Shown here in pieces: positions 62,392 through 64,000 of a DNA stretch of 64,000 nt. The notes below the pieces were generated by a model. The model saw only the letters and a program-made list of their open reading frames with translations, was not told the origin of the DNA and searched no databases. The stretch is from Oscillospiraceae bacterium. GTDB taxonomy: Bacteria > Bacillota > Clostridia > Oscillospirales > Ruminococcaceae. The stretch is taken from positions 66-64,065 of the forward strand of contig CACZDM010000006.1 in assembly GCA_902779915.1 (NCBI GenBank), given 5' to 3'. How positions within the stretch are numbered: the first letter of the stretch is position 1; each line of letters opens with the position of its first letter. A program made the position numbers and the translations under genes.

Positions 62392-63951
62392 ATGAAAAAA
62401 AAATACTTAAAAAAGATGCTTGCGATTATGCTTTCGGCAATGACGGTTTCAGCAACTCCAGGTTTTGTTGGCGCCATAAAGGAGGAGTCAAAAAAAATCA
62501 TCCAAGAGGCCAATTCAAAAATCGAGAATCACTCGTTAACCACAGATGACACAGCAAAATTGCTTAATGAGTTGGAAAAAATAGCAGAGGAAGGTGATGA
62601 TGATTCTCGCAAAGAAGTTGCAAAAACACTTGAAAACATTAGTTCGCAAAATTTGTTTAGAGGAGATTCTATCGATCAAATTTTAAATATATTAAAGGAA
62701 TGTTCAAAATATCATAACCATGGGCGCTATATCGCAAAGACAATTGAAAATATGGCTAATAATAATGTTTTTGGAAACAATTCGCTCAATCAAGTTTTAA
62801 ACATTTTACATGCGTGTTCAAAATATGGAGGATATGATAGTGAATCCGTCCCGCGGGCTATAACAAAGATGGCTGATAACGGCATTTTAAATGATCAATC
62901 GATTGATGAAACCCTGGTGCAGATTCTGCAGAAATGTTCAGAGCATCGCGATTCTAAATATGCAACCGCAGGCGCAATTGAGCGCTTAGCTCAGCTAAAC
63001 CTATTAAATCAATGTTCGACCGATAAATTAAAGCAAGTAATCGATTCTCTGTTGTTATGTCTGGAGGATTACGACTTCTCCCCCAAAGCAAGTGTTTTTA
63101 GCGCAATTAAAACCATGGCCTATAAAAACGTTCTAGATAAATGCGATGCTGATCAAATTTACAAAATAGCTTGTGCATCAATTGACTATATGGGAGATGA
63201 TGAATGTTTAAACTTGGATTTGAGTGATAGCGCCATTAATGATTTGGCCAATAAAAATATGCTAAATAAATGCACTGATAATCAAATTCAGCAAATAGTC
63301 TCGCGCTTAACCGAGTTTTTAGAAAATGATGAGACTCAGCGCCAAGCCACGATCGCCATTTGTTCTATGAATAAAGCGGGTTTGCTAAATAAATGCAGCC
63401 CTGAAAAGCTTCAACAAATATTAAATTTATTTAAAATTCATTTGAAAGATTATTTAGCTGAAGTTAATGATGAGAATTATGAGATGGTTTTTCAAACTTC
63501 CCAAATTTTGAAGACATGTTCAGAAATTGACGCTTTAAAGGCAACTGTTGCAGATATATCAAACGATTTAGCTAAAAATCAAGCGTTTTACCAATATCTT
63601 AATCAAGACTTAACTTTCCAGCCACTAGGAGACATTTTGAAAGCATCCACATCATGTTCAAAAATTCAAAATTATCAAACCCAAACAAAGGCTGTTTCAT
63701 CTGTTGCAAACGTGCTCAAACGGCTAGGCGATGAAATAGAATTAAACGAATGGTCTATTCATCAGGTTAAAGCAAATTTTCAAAACATAATGGAAATGTT
63801 GGCAGAATTTTCAAAAATTAATAGCAGTAATCAAGATATTGTGACAATTATAAATTGCCTGAGTCAAGAAGAAATTTTTAACGCAACAGTCGGGGAGGAT
63901 TTTTTAAATGAACCGCCTCTGGACATTAATAAACTTTGGACGATCCTTTAA
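62392..63951 (+). CDS. Secreted helical-repeat protein with a recurring Cys-containing motif of about 40 aa (HEAT/ARM-like by composition)
   Basis: ATG 10 nt after GGAG, signal peptide ending ..GFVGAIKE. Repeats of the type N.(L/F)...(S/T)(I/L)(D/N)Q(I/V)LNIL..CSKY and N(M/L)LNKC...Q(I/L)QQI. Confidence 0.6.
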   Translation: MKKKYLKKMLAIMLSAMTVSATPGFVGAIKEESKKIIQEANSKIENHSLTTDDTAKLLNELEKIAEEGDDDSRKEVAKTLENISSQNLFRGDSIDQILNILKECSKYHNHGRYIAKTIENMANNNVFGNNSLNQVLNILHACSKYGGYDSESVPRAITKMADNGILNDQSIDETLVQILQKCSEHRDSKYATAGAIERLAQLNLLNQCSTDKLKQVIDSLLLCLEDYDFSPKASVFSAIKTMAYKNVLDKCDADQIYKIACASIDYMGDDECLNLDLSDSAINDLANKNMLNKCTDNQIQQIVSRLTEFLENDETQRQATIAICSMNKAGLLNKCSPEKLQQILNLFKIHLKDYLAEVNDENYEMVFQTSQILKTCSEIDALKATVADISNDLAKNQAFYQYLNQDLTFQPLGDILKASTSCSKIQNYQTQTKAVSSVANVLKRLGDEIELNEWSIHQVKANFQNIMEMLAEFSKINSSNQDIVTIINCLSQEEIFNATVGEDFLNEPPLDINKLWTIL

Positions 63952-64000
63952 AAACGTGGCTAATAAAAATTGATTTTACCTTTGTTATTTGAGTTTTGAT

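Noticed and set aside
1-64000. Looked for CRISPR-Cas, restriction-modification, toxin-antitoxin, retron/DGR reverse transcriptase, integrase/transposase and prophage genes
   Set aside because: None of the ORFs of 60 aa or more shows the corresponding hallmark motifs. The only repeat systems present are the foldback family and the coding tandem repeats described above.

Overview
Low-GC, Firmicutes/Clostridia-like chromosomal segment (spoIID, mecA-like, ftsEX plus M23 plus S41 protease, dgt-dnaG-rpoD). It is mostly housekeeping: gpsA-plsY-der, rpmF, pgi, citrate synthase and an NAD-IDH-like dehydrogenase, uvrAB, radC, rpmE, pgm, rpe, DAHP synthase, rny, rsmA, pflBA, ribDE(BA)H and four tRNAs. 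Many ORF-track starts are upstream over-extensions; I moved them to the start codon with a plausible Shine-Dalgarno. Two things stand out. (1) An interspersed repeat family has termini like GGGTTATATTTGTCCC: three full copies of about 425-450 bp that are long imperfect palindromes, three half copies of about 220 bp, and several short fragments. All are intergenic, none has a conserved ORF, and no transposase lies in the window. It is either a MITE/foldback transposon family or a rod-like structured RNA; I cannot tell which from sequence alone. (2) An accessory block at about 39.9-50.3 kb, next to tRNA-Cys/Gly, encodes secreted repeat proteins. These are a protein built from about 20 tandem 13-aa (39-bp) acidic His-containing repeats, and three paralogous PMP-like beta-helix proteins. 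One of the three carries GGN/GGD glycine-rich blocks encoded by in-frame 9- and 18-bp microsatellites. Two of them share a 5' leader hairpin and a near-identical inverted 3' segment. A helical secreted protein completes the block. I saw no CRISPR array, integrase, transposase, reverse transcriptase or recognisable defence gene. All functional calls rest on motif and family recognition by eye; no searches were run.
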